Shown here: positions 12,916-27,905 of the stretch, piece after piece
How the letters are laid out: every line of letters begins with the position of its first letter
Position numbering within the stretch: the first letter of the stretch is position 1
NCBI RefSeq assembly: GCF_009914755.1
Contig: NC_060940.1
Source of the DNA: the human T2T-CHM13v2.0 reference genome, Homo sapiens
DNA: 64,000 bases
Reading direction: 5' to 3' (one strand)
Notes under the pieces: model-generated
Told to the model about the DNA's origin: nothing
Seen by the model: the letters and a program-made list of their open reading frames with translations, nothing else
The model's database searches: none
Made by a program: the position numbers and the translations under genes

Positions 12916-14506
12916 AAAGTATTATATACATTTTATTATATATAACATATACTGTCATAAAAGAAATATTTTGCTCTATGTATAAGCTGGAATTATTCTT
13001 TCAATTTTTTTTTTCTAATACAATCCTTTCTGAAGTCTGCCCGTATCCACCTCTCTCTGTAATTAATGTCTCCTCTCTGTTCTAACTTTCAGTCTGTCTT
13101 GTGTCACCTATTTTTTGCAGCTGGTCTCGTCTGCTTCCAACAGACTATGCATCACTTTCTTGCCATGAACCTATCTGGTTCCCCTTTATCAGTATTTCCC
13201 TTACTCCAATATACACACATATATGCACACAGATTCACGCACATCAGATGAACTGACAGATTTTTCTCATTATTCTTTTTTTTCCAGAAACTTCCATGGC
13301 TACATGGCCAACCAATTTTTCACTTGTGCATCCAGGCTTGTAAGTTCTATCACATAATACACTGAAAGAAAGCTTCATGTCACAGAGAAACAGCATTCCT
13401 ATCCCCAAGCTGACTGGAGGAAGACAAAAATTTATAATCCAAATGAGTGAGATGAAGTAAACTCAGTAATAGCTAGATTGGGTCAGAAATGAACAGCTGC
13501 TTCCAGCATGGGCAGGGCCAGGCTGGCCCACTGTACCTGGGAAGGACAGGTTCACATGGTGCTTGGGTCCAGCCACACAGCAGAGCAGTCCTGAGCTCCT
13601 AGGGTCAACCTGTTCCTTCCTTCCAAGGTCTTTCCCTGGATCTACTCAGGTAATTTCCTAGCTGTTGAGAAGACAGTGAACTCAAAAAAACCATTGTTCC
13701 TGGGTGTGGCAGGCTCATGGGTGGGCACATGCACACACGGTTGACCCTTGGCTAGCCAAGGCTTTTTGGATCTGAGTTCCCCATCTTCCATGTCATCTGG
13801 CACTCTGTCCCCAGACCTCAGAGCTGCTAGAATGCACGATAAAAAGCCAAATTAAAAGTTGTATCAAGTGCACCCTAGACTGAAGAAGCCATGTGGCTTT
13901 TGAAATGGCCTCACTTCCTCCCCAGAGTGGCTTCTTTCTTTCCACCTTCTCCTTGAAGACTCCATACTGGCCCTGCCTAGGTCTGCATGCCTTCCTCCCC
14001 GGTCTCCCTCAGGGCCTCTTGAAGCTGGCAGGCAAAGAGTCGCTTCCCGGTAGGTGCAGTTGGCACGACTGCAAGTGTACTTAAACTTTGTGTCTGATCA
14101 AGTTATGTGTATTGGATCTGAAACCAGTTAGTCAATTCGTTCAGGTCCCTAAGTGGCGATTTGTGGTAATGTCTACATCAATACGGACGGAGCGGTTTGC
14201 TAGCTGGTTTACGTAAAGCAAATGGCTGCAGGAAAGAGGGGGCAGCCTCCAGCATTCTCTCTGCTAATGAAGATATGGCTGGAAAAGAAAGGAAAGCGAG
14301 TGGAAACAAAAGTCGGCATCCATTTGTGCATAAACACTCAGGCGAGGTCTATTTTCTAGGTTGAATCAATTTGCCTCTTCCATTTACCCCTTGTTTCTTC
14401 CTCCCCATTGGCCTTCTTTCCTTGTTGATGCACCGACCTAATCATTAGTATTATAATCTTGTTCTGTGTATATTAAAACTCCCCAACCCAGGGACAAACT
14501 ATGGTG

Positions 14507-14811
14507 TCTGTTTGTTTGTTTTGATGGAATTTTTTGCTCTTGTTGCCCAAGCTGGAGTGCAATGGTGTGATCTCGGCTCACCGCAACCTCCGCCCACGGG
14601 TTCAAGCGATTCTCCTGCCTCAGCCTCCAGAGTAGCTGGGATTATAGGCACGCACCACCATGACCGGCTAATTTTTTTTTTTTTTTATTTTTAGCAGAGA
14701 TGGGGTTTCTCCACGTTGATCAGGCTGGTCTCGAACTCCCAACCTCAGGTGATCTGCCCACCTTGGCCTGCCAAAGTGCTGGGATTACAGGTGTGAGCCT
14801 CTGCGCCCGGC
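14507..14811 (-). mobile_element. AluSp-like
   Basis: Diagnostic GCTCTTGTTGCCC, GCAATGG, CTCACCGCAACC and TTTCTCCA; degenerate TSD AAACTA(T/C)G. Confidence 0.92.
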
Positions 14812-16105
14812 AAAACTACGTGTTTAAGAGGGAACCTGGGGCACTGATACAAGTTCCACTCAGAGTCTTACAGGAATGACTGAAACCAGAAAGAAAAAAA
14901 TGAGTGGTGTTGAGTTCCACTCGCCTTGTTTCTCTTTTGTATCAATCGTTTCTGCATTTGCCCTGGCAGGGGAGGAAACAGCATAACAGGGAATTTATTT
15001 AGTGTGTGTCTGCATATTGGCTGTATCTCTTTACTGCTGCAGAGTACGTTGTTTCTAATAATTGTGATGGATTGATACTTATGACTGGCTGGCAGAATTC
15101 CTTTAGCATGTTAAAATATTACCTTTTATTCCCTGATCTAATGCATAACCTGATGTTTCAGTCAGTTTTCAAATGTAATAAACAATTTGAAAAGCGAATA
15201 ACCCTAAAGAAAAGGAAGATGCTCTGTATCGGAGGTGAATTCCATTTTAAATCATGCCCTCTGCCAGCCAAGTGAACTCCTTAGCAGAGTTGTTCTTTAG
15301 CTCTGATCCAGTCAAGCCATCTAGGAGTTGGATGCAAACGAAAGAAATTGGTGCACATGAAATAGACTAAAATCTGTCTGACAAAAATGCTTTGGCTAAA
15401 ATGGAACGGCTGAAATCCTCCTTGTTCTGGTCTGCTAAGCTAGCCAGGAAATAGCAAAATTCCAGGCTCAAACCTGAGAAAGTGTTTCCTCGAGTATGGC
15501 TTCTGCCTTCACCTGCTGGCTGGAGATTTGGCCCTTGAAAATGGCAGTTTTGCCCTTACAATCTCACCTCAACACGCTGGTCCCTAACATCCCTCTGGAA
15601 ATTTTGCCCCTGAAAAGACGTTAAGGCTCAGAAGCTTACCACCATCACCTCTGACCCAGAAACAAATCTTAGGACCTTGACAAGACGCCCATTTGACATG
15701 GCAAAGATGGACCAAATGGCTTAGTGGCCAAGTGGCTAAATGCAGACAGAACACTTCATATCCTTCCCCTCATCAATGCACATTTCTGAAATAAACAGCT
15801 TAAAACTGCAGGTCACATGAATTTTTATTTCATTTTGTTTTCTTGCATTTTAATTTCTATTCTTTCCTATTGTGGGTTACATCACTTTTCATCACGGTCG
15901 TGCTGCAGAAACGTAGAGCACGATTTATGGAGCCTTAACATAAATATGATGCTAGACAGAAAGAGAGCGACATATTAGTTTAGAATTTGCAGACTCGCAC
16001 ACACGGAGCACACATGGCTGATTTATGAAACTGAGATAGCCTATAAATCCTAAAGTAAGGTGCTGCATCCATAAACTCCCAAGGAGCAAGAGGCAGTGCC
16101 CCTTA

Positions 16106-16504
<399 letters not shown>

Positions 16505-16589
16505 TTAAAAATTAGCCATATACCAAAGTGGTGGGAAGGTTTGCTCTTCACCAATTAACGAAGGATGGGTAAGGAAGTTAGTTGGTGGT

Positions 16590-17121
16590 TGGACTCTGCT
16601 CTCAGATTCAACCCTCCCTAGCCTTCTATTCTCCTCCATATTCTGTGGGGCGGGGCTTCCCAGTGCAAACTATATTTCCCAAGAGCTCTCTTGCCAAATG
16701 ACTTCTGCCTGGGATTTGCCAAATGGGAGGCACTGGGAGGAGTCTGGGGGGTGGGAGTGAGGGAGGAGCCAGGTAGGAGGCTTCCCCTCGCCTCCTCCCT
16801 CTGCGTTGGGTGGCCTCACAGGAAGTTGCTGCTTCTCCTCCATGATCCCAGCTTTGTCAGACAGCCTTCTTGTGATTCCACCTTCCAACAGGTAGCCCTG
16901 GTTTCTGGGCTCTGTCCCACCATCTCCTCCTTTTGTTCCTTCAGGCTGAGGGTGGTCACAGCTTCCTGCTGTTACTAGTCTCTCCAGTGTCTCCTCCTCC
17001 CCCGCCACACCACACCATGCCCATCCAGTGCCTAACCCTTTTAAACTAAACCCATATTAACTTTCCTGTAGAAAGTTTTATATATAGGTTCTGCCTTCCT
17101 GGCCAGGACCTGACTAATTCA
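16590..17121 (+). mobile_element. LTR33-like ERVL LTR
   Basis: CTATATTTCCCAAG...CTTGCCA...GCCAAATGGGAGGCACTGG and a CCTGACTAATTCA terminus. Confidence 0.65.
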
Positions 17122-17331
17122 GGGGGACCCTGGAGGCTATTCCACCATCTCCGACTGACAAGCTTATGGACAAGGAGCAAAATACAAATCTGCTTCCAGC
17201 TTTAACCAGTCCTCAGCCACTCAAAAACTGTCTGACAAAATCACTGCAACCACCAAAGATTACACAATAGCTTGATTTTCTCTTCCTCTTGGAGAAAGAC
17301 TCGGTTGTGGGTCTCATGAAATACTACTTGA

Positions 17332-17636
17332 GGTCAGGTGCAGTGGCTCACGCCTGTAATCCCAGCACTTTGGGAGGATGAGGCAAGAGGACTGCTTGAG
17401 CCCAGGAGTTTGAGACCAGCCTGGGCAACAAAGTGACACCCAATCTCTACAAAAAATTTTAAAAATTAGATGGGTGTGGAAGCATATGCCTGTAGTCCCA
17501 GCCACTCAGGAGGCTGAGGCAGGAAGATCACTTGAGCCCAGGGGGTCGAGACTGTAGTGGACAATGTTCACGCCACTGCACTCCAGCCTGGGCAACAGAG
17601 CAAGACCCTGTCTTAAAAAGATAAAAGAAAAAAGAA
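17332..17636 (+). mobile_element. AluJ
   Basis: Two arms with J-type GAGCCCAGGAGTT and an A-rich tail. Confidence 0.93.
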
Positions 17637-18219
17637 CTGGAAACTCCCTGGGAATCCTGGGAACACCAGAAGAAGGAATGGGACCAAAGGTTGAAACGCT
17701 CCCAAAGATATGGGTAGAAAAAGGTGGAGTTCTTCAATAGTTGCTGGAGAAAGGAGAAAGGATTATAAGGATTACAAGGTGATGCCTTGTAATATGTTAT
17801 CACTCTTTTAGAAAACAAAAAGTTGAATAGATCCAGAGCTTAAATTGCTTATCCTAATTCAACTTCAAAATCCCAGCCCAATCACTCTTTCAACCTAAGT
17901 TATAAATAATTTGACAACTTGGTGGTGTAGCATTTTGCAGCCACTTCTCTGCAAACTATAAATGCCTGTAAAATAATACATCTGTGCAATATTAACAATG
18001 GCCATTGCTTATATTTTTTGGTGCTTCATGTAAACATTGAGTTGTGAGTTCCTTTCTTAGGCATGCTGCCTTCTAAATGTTTTTATCCCCTTGTAAAAGC
18101 GTAACAGAAATGGTGACTCCCCCCATCAACACTCACCAAATTTTGAAGACCATAGATGAAAGATAGAAACTTAAAATATGCAAAATATTTGCTCCAAATT
18201 AATTCACATGGATAGAGGT

Positions 18220-18415
18220 TAGAATGGTGTTGGCTTTTGGTAGGGAAACATTGGGGGACATGTGGGAGCTTTCTGGAATGACGGACATGTTTGACATCTT
18301 GATGTCAGTTGGTTCCGTGAGTGTGCGCATGTGTGTATATGTAAAAATTAACCTGTAAGCTGTACACTCAAGACCTGCACTGTTTATTATATGTTTGCAC
18401 ACATCAATGAAAAAT
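18220..18415 (+). mobile_element. Ancient L1M (L1ME/MD-type) 3' end
   Basis: GAGCTTTCTGGAATGACGGACATGTT...CTGTACACTCAAGA...TTTATTATATGT...CATCAATGAAAAA. Confidence 0.65.
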
Positions 18416-18569
18416 GTCAAAATAATCATTTTTCAAAAGACCTGGAACCTTGGCCCCTGAAGAGTTGAAGAAGGAATTTCTTTATGGAAAAGCGATAGCA
18501 ACAGCATCTTTTTAAAGAAGGAGCATTTTTATGGAATTTGGCAATCATTGTGGACACACAAGTGAACTC

Positions 18570-18885
18570 AGGGAGTAATTATTGGCTAGCAGAGAGCCAA
18601 GTTCATCAACACCTCCTGGGCTGGGGTAAAGGGAGCAGGATTGGGTAGCAGAAGAAGTTGAATTACGGTGCAGACAAAACCAAGGCCTCATCTGAGCCGG
18701 GAGCTCTCGAGCTGGAATGCAGGCTGTACCCTGGGGAAGGGGGTTTAACCTGGGGCAACTACTAAAAAGAGGACCTTATTGAGAGCAGTCAGCCTCCAAT
18801 ATTTCCAATAGCTGGGCGGGGCAGGGAGTGAGTGCTTCGGTTCTGATGTGGGAGATGGACTTGGATGGTGCTGGAAGATTCCACA
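18570..18885 (-). mobile_element. LTR16-like ERVL LTR fragment
   Basis: GCAGGATTGGGTAGCAGAAGAAGTTGAA...GGCCTCA...GGGAGCTCTCGAGCTGG resembles a reverse LTR16. Confidence 0.4.
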
Positions 18886-19712
18886 AGGTAAGAAGTGAGG
18901 AACAGGTGCCACTCTCACCCATAACCCATTCCCCAAAATGTGTGAACTATGTGTTTATGAGACCTGAAGTGGGGTTGGACTCATGGGCAAAACTACAGAA
19001 CAAGTTTATCCAAATAAAGATCTCATTTAGCATCCCAGGTAGCAAGGATATGGAGCCTGCAAATACCATGCATCTAAAGAGAGCTGGATGGCCTGTGGGA
19101 GAAACTGACAGGCATCCTCTCAGTCCCTCAGGTCCTTTGCCTCCTCTGTTGGGTCACAGACAACAAAAGACAATGGAAGCTGCAGATTCACCCACCCAAG
19201 GGGCATTTCCTTCAGCGCCACCATGCCAGAGAGAGCGGCAACTTCCCACAGGTTGCAAATGAGTCCGCGTGATGGGGACGTGAGTTAATTAGTGCACTTG
19301 GGTTTGAGAGGTGGGTAACAAGCTGCCGCTCTGCATTTGGTGGTTCCTTTTCCGAACAGGTGGCAACTGACTGACGGGCTTTCTCTGAAGTGGAGAAGGA
19401 CATCTGTGTTTTCCATATTGCGGAACACCGGATCTTTCCAAGTCACACATTTGGGAAGACAGCTGAATTGCCTTCAAGTTCCTCCTGTTATGGTACAAAT
19501 ACCCACCTGGTGTGCAAACATGAGAGACGCAGCTTTACACTAGAACCAATGAAAGCAAATTTGAGAAAACCCAACTCTTTAGGAATGGAGACTACAGATG
19601 TATGAGGGGATCTTAATAATTAAAAGAAGAAAATATGTAAACAGGAAAAATATCCAACTGTCACAAAACTCTACACTAAATCAAACTGCAAAGTTTTGTC
19701 TTTTTAAAAATA

Positions 19713-21277
<1,565 letters not shown>

Positions 21278-21584
21278 TACACACACTCACGTACAGACAA
21301 TTTGAGACTGTGGGGCTTCGATATTAAATAAGCCAACTGTTTTAGAAGAAAAGCTACCCCAGCACATCTCAAGAAAAAAAGCGTACCATACAGGCTCTCC
21401 CTTATTCTGGAACTTTTAACCAGTAGCCTCCCTCCCTACTCTGAATGTGTTTTGAGTCCTTATGATTTATGGGTCACCGTCAATAATCAAAGCCATTGCT
21501 GGATTGAAACTGACAATCAGATCAGGCATCTAAATTAAACAGGAATACAAGTCTCTTTCGAAGGATCCATTACACGGGAAGAAT

Positions 21585-24567
21585 TCCGCTGAAGACACCA
21601 CAACATTTATTGAGAACATCTTAGAGCAGGACTCAAACTGCGAACAAAATGGAAAATGTCTCAAAGAGCTCCCAAAATTAATTATAAAAATTAAAAGAAC
21701 CCTGAAAGAAAAGCTGCTGTGTGGAGAAGATGGAAGCTCAGTGAGGCAGCTGGTTCTCCACCTTTGGAAGCTGTTCCTGGCATGATAGGTCGTACCCAAC
21801 GTCTCGTCTGTAAGGGGGTGAGGAGCCGACAGTAGCCTCCTTACCTCTCTGGGGAAGGACTTTGCAGAGGAAAGGTTTGGTTAATGTTATAGAGGATTTT
21901 TATTTTTTTTAAAACAAAGCTATTTGTTTACTTTGATAATCTGTGTCTCCCACAGCAGCGGGTTGTCTCTTTTTTTTTCTGTTTCTCTCCACCAGGAGGT
22001 AAACCCACTGGAAAGTGGTTAAAGGTACAGCATTAAAAGTTACTAATCGGGGGTGGGGGAAAAAAAGCCCATAGATGAAGAAACATGTTAGGCCATCTTG
22101 AACGTAAATGCGAGCTTCTAAAAGAAGGCTAAGGAACACAGCTTTGGAAATGCATACTTTTTTTCCGTTGGTTTTCTTTGACAAAATCTGGCGACCTGTG
22201 CCAACAAGACCTGCCAGGCAGTGTCAGATTGAGGACCATGGAAACTTTTAATGATTAAAGGTATTGGTTAAGAAACTTGGAAAGGCCACCATTGCCTACA
22301 TTCTCTTTTTGACGAGGTCGTCATGCTGTCCTTGTAACTCCTTGCCCCAGTAATTGACCACAATTAATAGGGTCAGAAATGGGCCCCTGATCCCAAGTCA
22401 ATCATAGGTACTGGGACAGTGGCCCATGAAGTGGTCTGGCCCAAAATGCTGTCCTGTCCTGCATGGTGTCTAACCACTCCAATCCTCACTTGTGGAGAAT
22501 GTGGCCTTCAGATCTACCCAGGGATTCCAAAGATGGTAGACAGTACGGAGCTGAGAACCACACTAAAGTAAGCAGAGAAAGAGATCAGTGGATCTCTCGG
22601 ACACCCAGTCTTGGACTCAGTGGATGTGCTGGGGTGGGAGCAATGGATATCAGCCGCTGAAAGAGTGAGAAGATGACCTGGTATCCCCATGCAATGAACA
22701 CAGGCTGCACACCCACTAGAGCTACTGAATGCCCCCAAATATTCCAGTTCTTTCTGATCCCTAGCTGTGTGCAGAAGGACTTCTTCTCATTTCCCTGGGT
22801 ATTATTAAAACAGTGCCTATTAACTGAGGCAAGCTCAGTCTTGGCTCCTTGTAGCCTAAAAGTGCCTCCCTGATTCACCAACATGATAACTCTAACCACG
22901 ATGGCAATCCCTGTTCATGGTGCATCCACTGGTGTGCCATGTGGCTTCGTGATGGGATGATCAGTCCCATTATGTTGTGCTCACTCGGAACTGCAGGCCC
23001 CCTTTCCAGCTCTCTCAGGGGCTGCTCTAATCAGAGCTAGATGATGCATCCCTAAAATGGGAGTCAGCATTCACACCACACGATCGGTGGCCTGTGGATA
23101 TCCACAATTTCATCTCCGAGGTGTTTGTAGCCATGGTGATGAGCTAGAGGCACTTATCTAAATATCCATACTTAGCTGTATGCATGTGTCACATTGTAAC
23201 ATCTATATGTCACGGCCACTTAGGTAAATAGCATTTGCAGCCCAGGGTAAATCCTCAGGTATCTGTCTCCGAGGATGTCTGCGGTGTTGGGCACACTGAC
23301 AACTAGGGGCTTCCTTTTGCTTTCAGTCATAACTGTTCACATAGAAGGGATCTGTCTGAGAAATGTCACATGGCTTAACATGAGACCTGCCTGCAAAAGG
23401 AGTTGACCGCACGTGTCTGCTCTTGGGGGTGGTACTCCATGGCGGCACCTACCCTCCTGGAGGAGATTGACAGCTGCACATCCATTCTCCTCCAGTTCCT
23501 GACCTGGGTCCCATGGCCTTCAATTACCATTGTGTCAGTTACAGTGTTTTTTGATTTACCTGGAGGCATGATTTCCTGAATAGGGGAATGGGGGAAAGAA
23601 CGCAGGATGGCCCTGGAAGAGCAAAGATATCAAATGCATATCTACGCAAAACATTTCGTCAGAGAAACGTGGGGGAGGCTTCCTCCATGTTGGTTAAATG
23701 TAACCACCGAACTGGGTCAATTTCAGACCAATGTCAATGGATTCACAATTGGCATTTTTTGGTAACAGTTTTGACCTGTTTCTTCCAAAAGTAAAATAAG
23801 AAATCCTGAAGGAATGAAACGAGGTTTGTGCTCCTCTGAGGAAGAAACTAGGGTGATAGTTATTCACTTCTTCCTTTTTAAAAAATACTGTTTTGCTCTA
23901 GAAATAGTTTTGTATTCCAAAAACAACAACAAAAGGTGGAAAAGGGGCATAAATGGAGAAATACGCTTACTGTTTGAGTCAATGATGGTATTAATAAAAG
24001 TCTGATTAATAAGTAAACAGAAATGGAAAAATAGCTACAGTTTTTTTATAACCCATACTACCGCCATTTCTCTCTTTTTCTCTCTCCCTCTCTTTCTTTT
24101 AAATGCTCCCCACCACCCTATCCCACTCCCCAGCTTTGGAAAGAATGTATTTTTAAAAATCTTAATGTTTTCTTTTTTTAAATAGCTATAGAATAAACAG
24201 TGGCTGGAGGATGATACACCAAAGAAGGAAAGAAACAAGTGAACTCAAATCAAAGAATTCACATCAGCTTTTTTGAAAGGGGAAAACCAAAAACGTCAAT
24301 TGCAAGCCTCAACCCCCTTCTTCTTCCCCAAACTGTTTTTCCTTTTGGTTTATTTCTGCATCAGAGTCTACCTAGGTTTCAAAACCAATTTTCCATTTTC
24401 CTAGAACCAGCCAAATATGGAGTGTGTGCAAAAACATGGTAGCTTAAAAGAAGAAGAAGTAGACAATTATCAAAGGGAAGAGGGAGGAAGGAAAGAGAAG
24501 GGAAATAAAGAGAGATGACACAAGGGAACTGGACCAGATAAAGACAAAGCAATGCACTTAACCCACC
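21585..24567 (-). ncRNA. Candidate spliced antisense lncRNA (exon ending 24567; exon 22007-21845; terminal exon from 21701)
   Basis: On the minus strand: donor CAG|GTGGGT (24567), acceptor TTTAACCACTTTCCAG| (22007), donor GAG|GTAAGG (21845), acceptor CTTTTCTTTCAG| (21701) and AATAAA (21611-21606). Confidence 0.4.
22330..22877 (+). mobile_element. Ancient LTR (unassigned ERVL/MaLR-type) fragment
   Basis: Terminus CTTGTAGCCTAAAAG...CTGATTCA resembles old LTR 3' ends. Confidence 0.3.
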
Positions 24568-25320
24568 TGGAGAGCACATCGGACCAGCAAGGCGCTCTCA
24601 GCCAATCGCCTGGGTCTGCGGCTGGGAGGAGAGTCCGCATGGGTTCATTTGGCTGAGGAGTGTGTTTCATAAACCTTACGGTGCAGCTATGAAAGCTATC
24701 AGGATCTTCCCACGTTTCCTGTCATTCCGTGGAGATTGGCTGCTGGAGTGCTTGGTTGGGGGGGCGGTGGGGAGTGGAGGTGGTAGGGGAAGAGGATGCT
24801 TGGGTTGTTGAGGGGAGACTGGCTCTGGTGGGAAGTGGAATCACACAGGAATTTATTTTAAGTGCATAAACAAAATGAAATGAGGAAAAAAAGAAAAAAA
24901 ACCAGTGTATTCCTTTTGGGTCATGTGAGAGAGCCACTGGCAAAGATGAGGGGGCAATGAGAAAGGAAGAGAGAAAAAGAGAGAGAGAGGCAAAAAGCTT
25001 TCTATGATTTGGGGCACTGGTGAAGCACACTGAGGCAGCTGGAAGATTAAATTAAGTATCATATCTGCTGACCCTATTGCCATGGTTACCGGACAGCGGA
25101 AAATATTCATCAACCCGAGCCTTTTCAGATGAATGTGCTTGAAAAAATACAATAAATATAAATATATATGTATATCCTCCCCGCTCTGCTGTCTAAATGC
25201 AGAACGTCAGCCAGTGCACCACCTGATAGTGGAGATAAACAAATAATAATAACAAAATGCTCGCCTCCCTGAGAAAGCTTACGTCACTTACAAGAAGCAG
25301 GGCGTGAACAGTAGGGCTGA
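24560..25320. promoter_or_regulatory. Promoter-like island (CCAAT boxes, GC box, RFX X-box, CRE-like site)
   Basis: AGCCAATCG (24600), GATTGGCT (24734), GGGGCGG (~24761), a GA-rich tract (24960-24990), ATTGCCATGGTTAC (25076-25089), TTACGTCA (25279-25286) and retained CpGs. Confidence 0.5.
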
Positions 25321-27369
25321 CCACTTGTTCACTTTCTCTTTAGCTGATCTCTTTCCCCCTACCCCCTTCAATGATGAACCATCCTGCCTGGTTTGATTAC
25401 AAAGTAAAGGGGCAATTCGTCTCCTTATTCCTAAGAAACCTGTCCGTTAACTACTTAGACAGTCACTCTTAGGCGATGACTAAAGCTGAAACACATTGGA
25501 GGAAAAAAAAAAAAGACAAAAATTACATATTAATAAAATCAGAAGCCCAGCAAAGTCAGGGTAAGAATGAAACAATTCTGGTCTAAAGGAGCCGACACTT
25601 AATGACTCCGCAGGCTTAAAACTTGCCTTCTTGCTCCAGCTCTCAGTCTCAGGATCCCAGATTTTGCCTCTCACTTTACTCCCAGCAGCTGACACTGTAA
25701 GACTGTCCTGCCTGCCTTGAAAAGTGCTGTCACTGTTCCCAGGAAAAACTTGAGGCATTGCAGAGCACAGCCAAGGAGCAGAGACACATGAATGTGAATA
25801 GGCTCATGAGAGCAGAATCTTTCCCGCTCCATGCACGAGGATTGGTATTTTGCCCTTGGACATTCTCTTTCCGTCCATTCAGTATTTCTTGAGTTCCTAC
25901 TGTGTGCAAGGCACCCTGTTGAACAGTGGGTTTGGGATACTGAGAGACTCAGGGGATCACACGACAGCGGAAGGTGGGGTTCAGAGAGAGAGGGACCATG
26001 AAATTCACTTCGCTCAAACTTCACCGTTTTGCAGACAAAGATAATAGAAACCTAGAGTGGATCAAGGATTTGCTTAAGGTCCACAGCTGTTTCACTGCAG
26101 ACTAGATCTTGCAGTCTCCTAAGTCATGCGCCTGGTCAGATCTGAAATGCCTAGATTTTTAACAGCAAGTTTATCTATCTTTCCAGGAAATGCTACTAGT
26201 TTCAAAACTCCCACATTGCCACCTGGCCCGGACCCAGTATGTAGGAATGCCTAAGAAATCTAACGGATGAGCTCTTCCCCATTTTTCTGCCTCACCTCCC
26301 TCTACTTCCCTTTCCTTCCCTAACTCTGTCCCCACTAAGATAAACAGCATATGGTGGGAAATACAGTCTTGGCTTCCAGATCTCCTTCCCCTATTGAATA
26401 ATCACCTTCTTAGGTTAATAGAGTCCCACGGAAAAAGTTGAGCAGACCTAACACAAAGTTCATGTATATTAGCCAGAATGATTCTACTCTGTAAGACCAG
26501 AGCAGGTCTCCATGTCAAGCCTGGCTCTGACACCCCCTGGCCAAGAACCACAGGGGTTCAGATGGCTTTTCTCTTAGTTAAGCCTTCACCACATGTAGCC
26601 CTGACCGCGACCAATCAGCCTTCTCCTTCTGCTTAGGTGCAATTTTACACAGTAGGTGACATTAACTCGGTAGCTGAGTCCCCATGTGCAACCACGGCAA
26701 CCACAGGGTCCCAGCAGATGACAGGAGACAGCAGGTTGTATGATCCTGTAAATTATTTCCCCATAGTAACGGCAAGATTACACACTTTAATATGCATACT
26801 GCTTGAGAGAGCCCTCTTCCTGGCTGAACCAAAGCGATAATGCATATTTTGTGTCTAGAAATCCATTCTAAATGGTGCGGCGTGTAATAGACGGTATTAC
26901 CTCAAGGGCTCCAACCTGACCCTTCTCATCTGGTCTCTTCCACCGACGCATAAGTGGAATGCGTCTTCCTTCGCACAACCTCCTTTGTCTCTGGGTTCTC
27001 CTGTTTTCTACTGACACTCTTGGGACGTATTCAATACCCAGTCCAGTTTTAGCAAGGCTTTTTGTCCTAATGGCTGCCTATATAGCTTTTCTGATTCCTT
27101 TAGATAGGCACACTCTGATTCAGGTGTTTTATTTTGTGGGGAGAAGAATGAAACTGTATCAGTAAAGAGGAAGAGGGAATAAAATAGAAAAACGAGGTAA
27201 TATAGAACATCCGGAATAGACTGTGCTTACTGTATACACATAGGATAGATACTGAGTTTAATGGGCTGAAGGCCAGATTCCTTTAAGTTCAATACAAAAT
27301 ACTTCCCACCCCACAGTGACTCCTAGAAGAACCATTTAAACCAGGTACTTTGTGTCCCTCCCTTGGATG

Positions 27370-27905
27370 GACACAGTGGAAAGTGTACTGGAGTCTGTAC
27401 CAGAAAATGCGTGAAATTCAGCTCTGCCACTTTTTTTTTTTTTTTTTTTTTTTTTTTTGAGACAGGGTCTCACTCTGTTTCCCAGGCTGGAGTACAGTGG
27501 TGCAGTCATGGCTCACTGCAGCTTCACATTCCTGGGCTCAAGTGATCCTTCCACCTCAGCCTCCCAAGTAGCTGGGACTACAGGTACACGCCACCATGCC
27601 TGGCTGATTTTTCTTTTAATGTTTTTGTAGAGATAGGTTTTCATTTTGTTGCCCAGGCTGGTGTTGAACTCGTGGCTTCAAGCAATCCTCCCACCTTGGC
27701 CTCCCAAAGTGCTGGGATTACAGGCAAGAGCCACTGTGCCTGGCCTCTGCCACTTTTTACCTGGGAGATTACAGACAAACTTTTAACCTGTCCAATCCTT
27801 GGACACCCCGTCAATAAAATGGAATCATTATAATGAGTTTGCACAATTTTTGTGAGATTAGAATCGATTAGTACCTAGACATAAAAGATGCTTAACAAAT
27901 GTTAG
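27370..27905 (+). mobile_element. MIR interrupted by an Alu
   Basis: CAGCTCTGCCACT on the left; TAAAATGGAATCATTATAAT...TTGTGAGATTAGA on the right. Confidence 0.6.
27431..27745 (-). mobile_element. AluJ
   Basis: 28-nt poly-T and TSD TCTGCCACTTTTT (27423 / 27746). Confidence 0.95.

Noticed and set aside
18881-18895. Isolated strong donor motifs (AAG|GTAAGA here; also near 446, 891 and 25560)
   Set aside because: I found no convincing paired acceptor or promoter context, and such matches are expected by chance in 64 kb.
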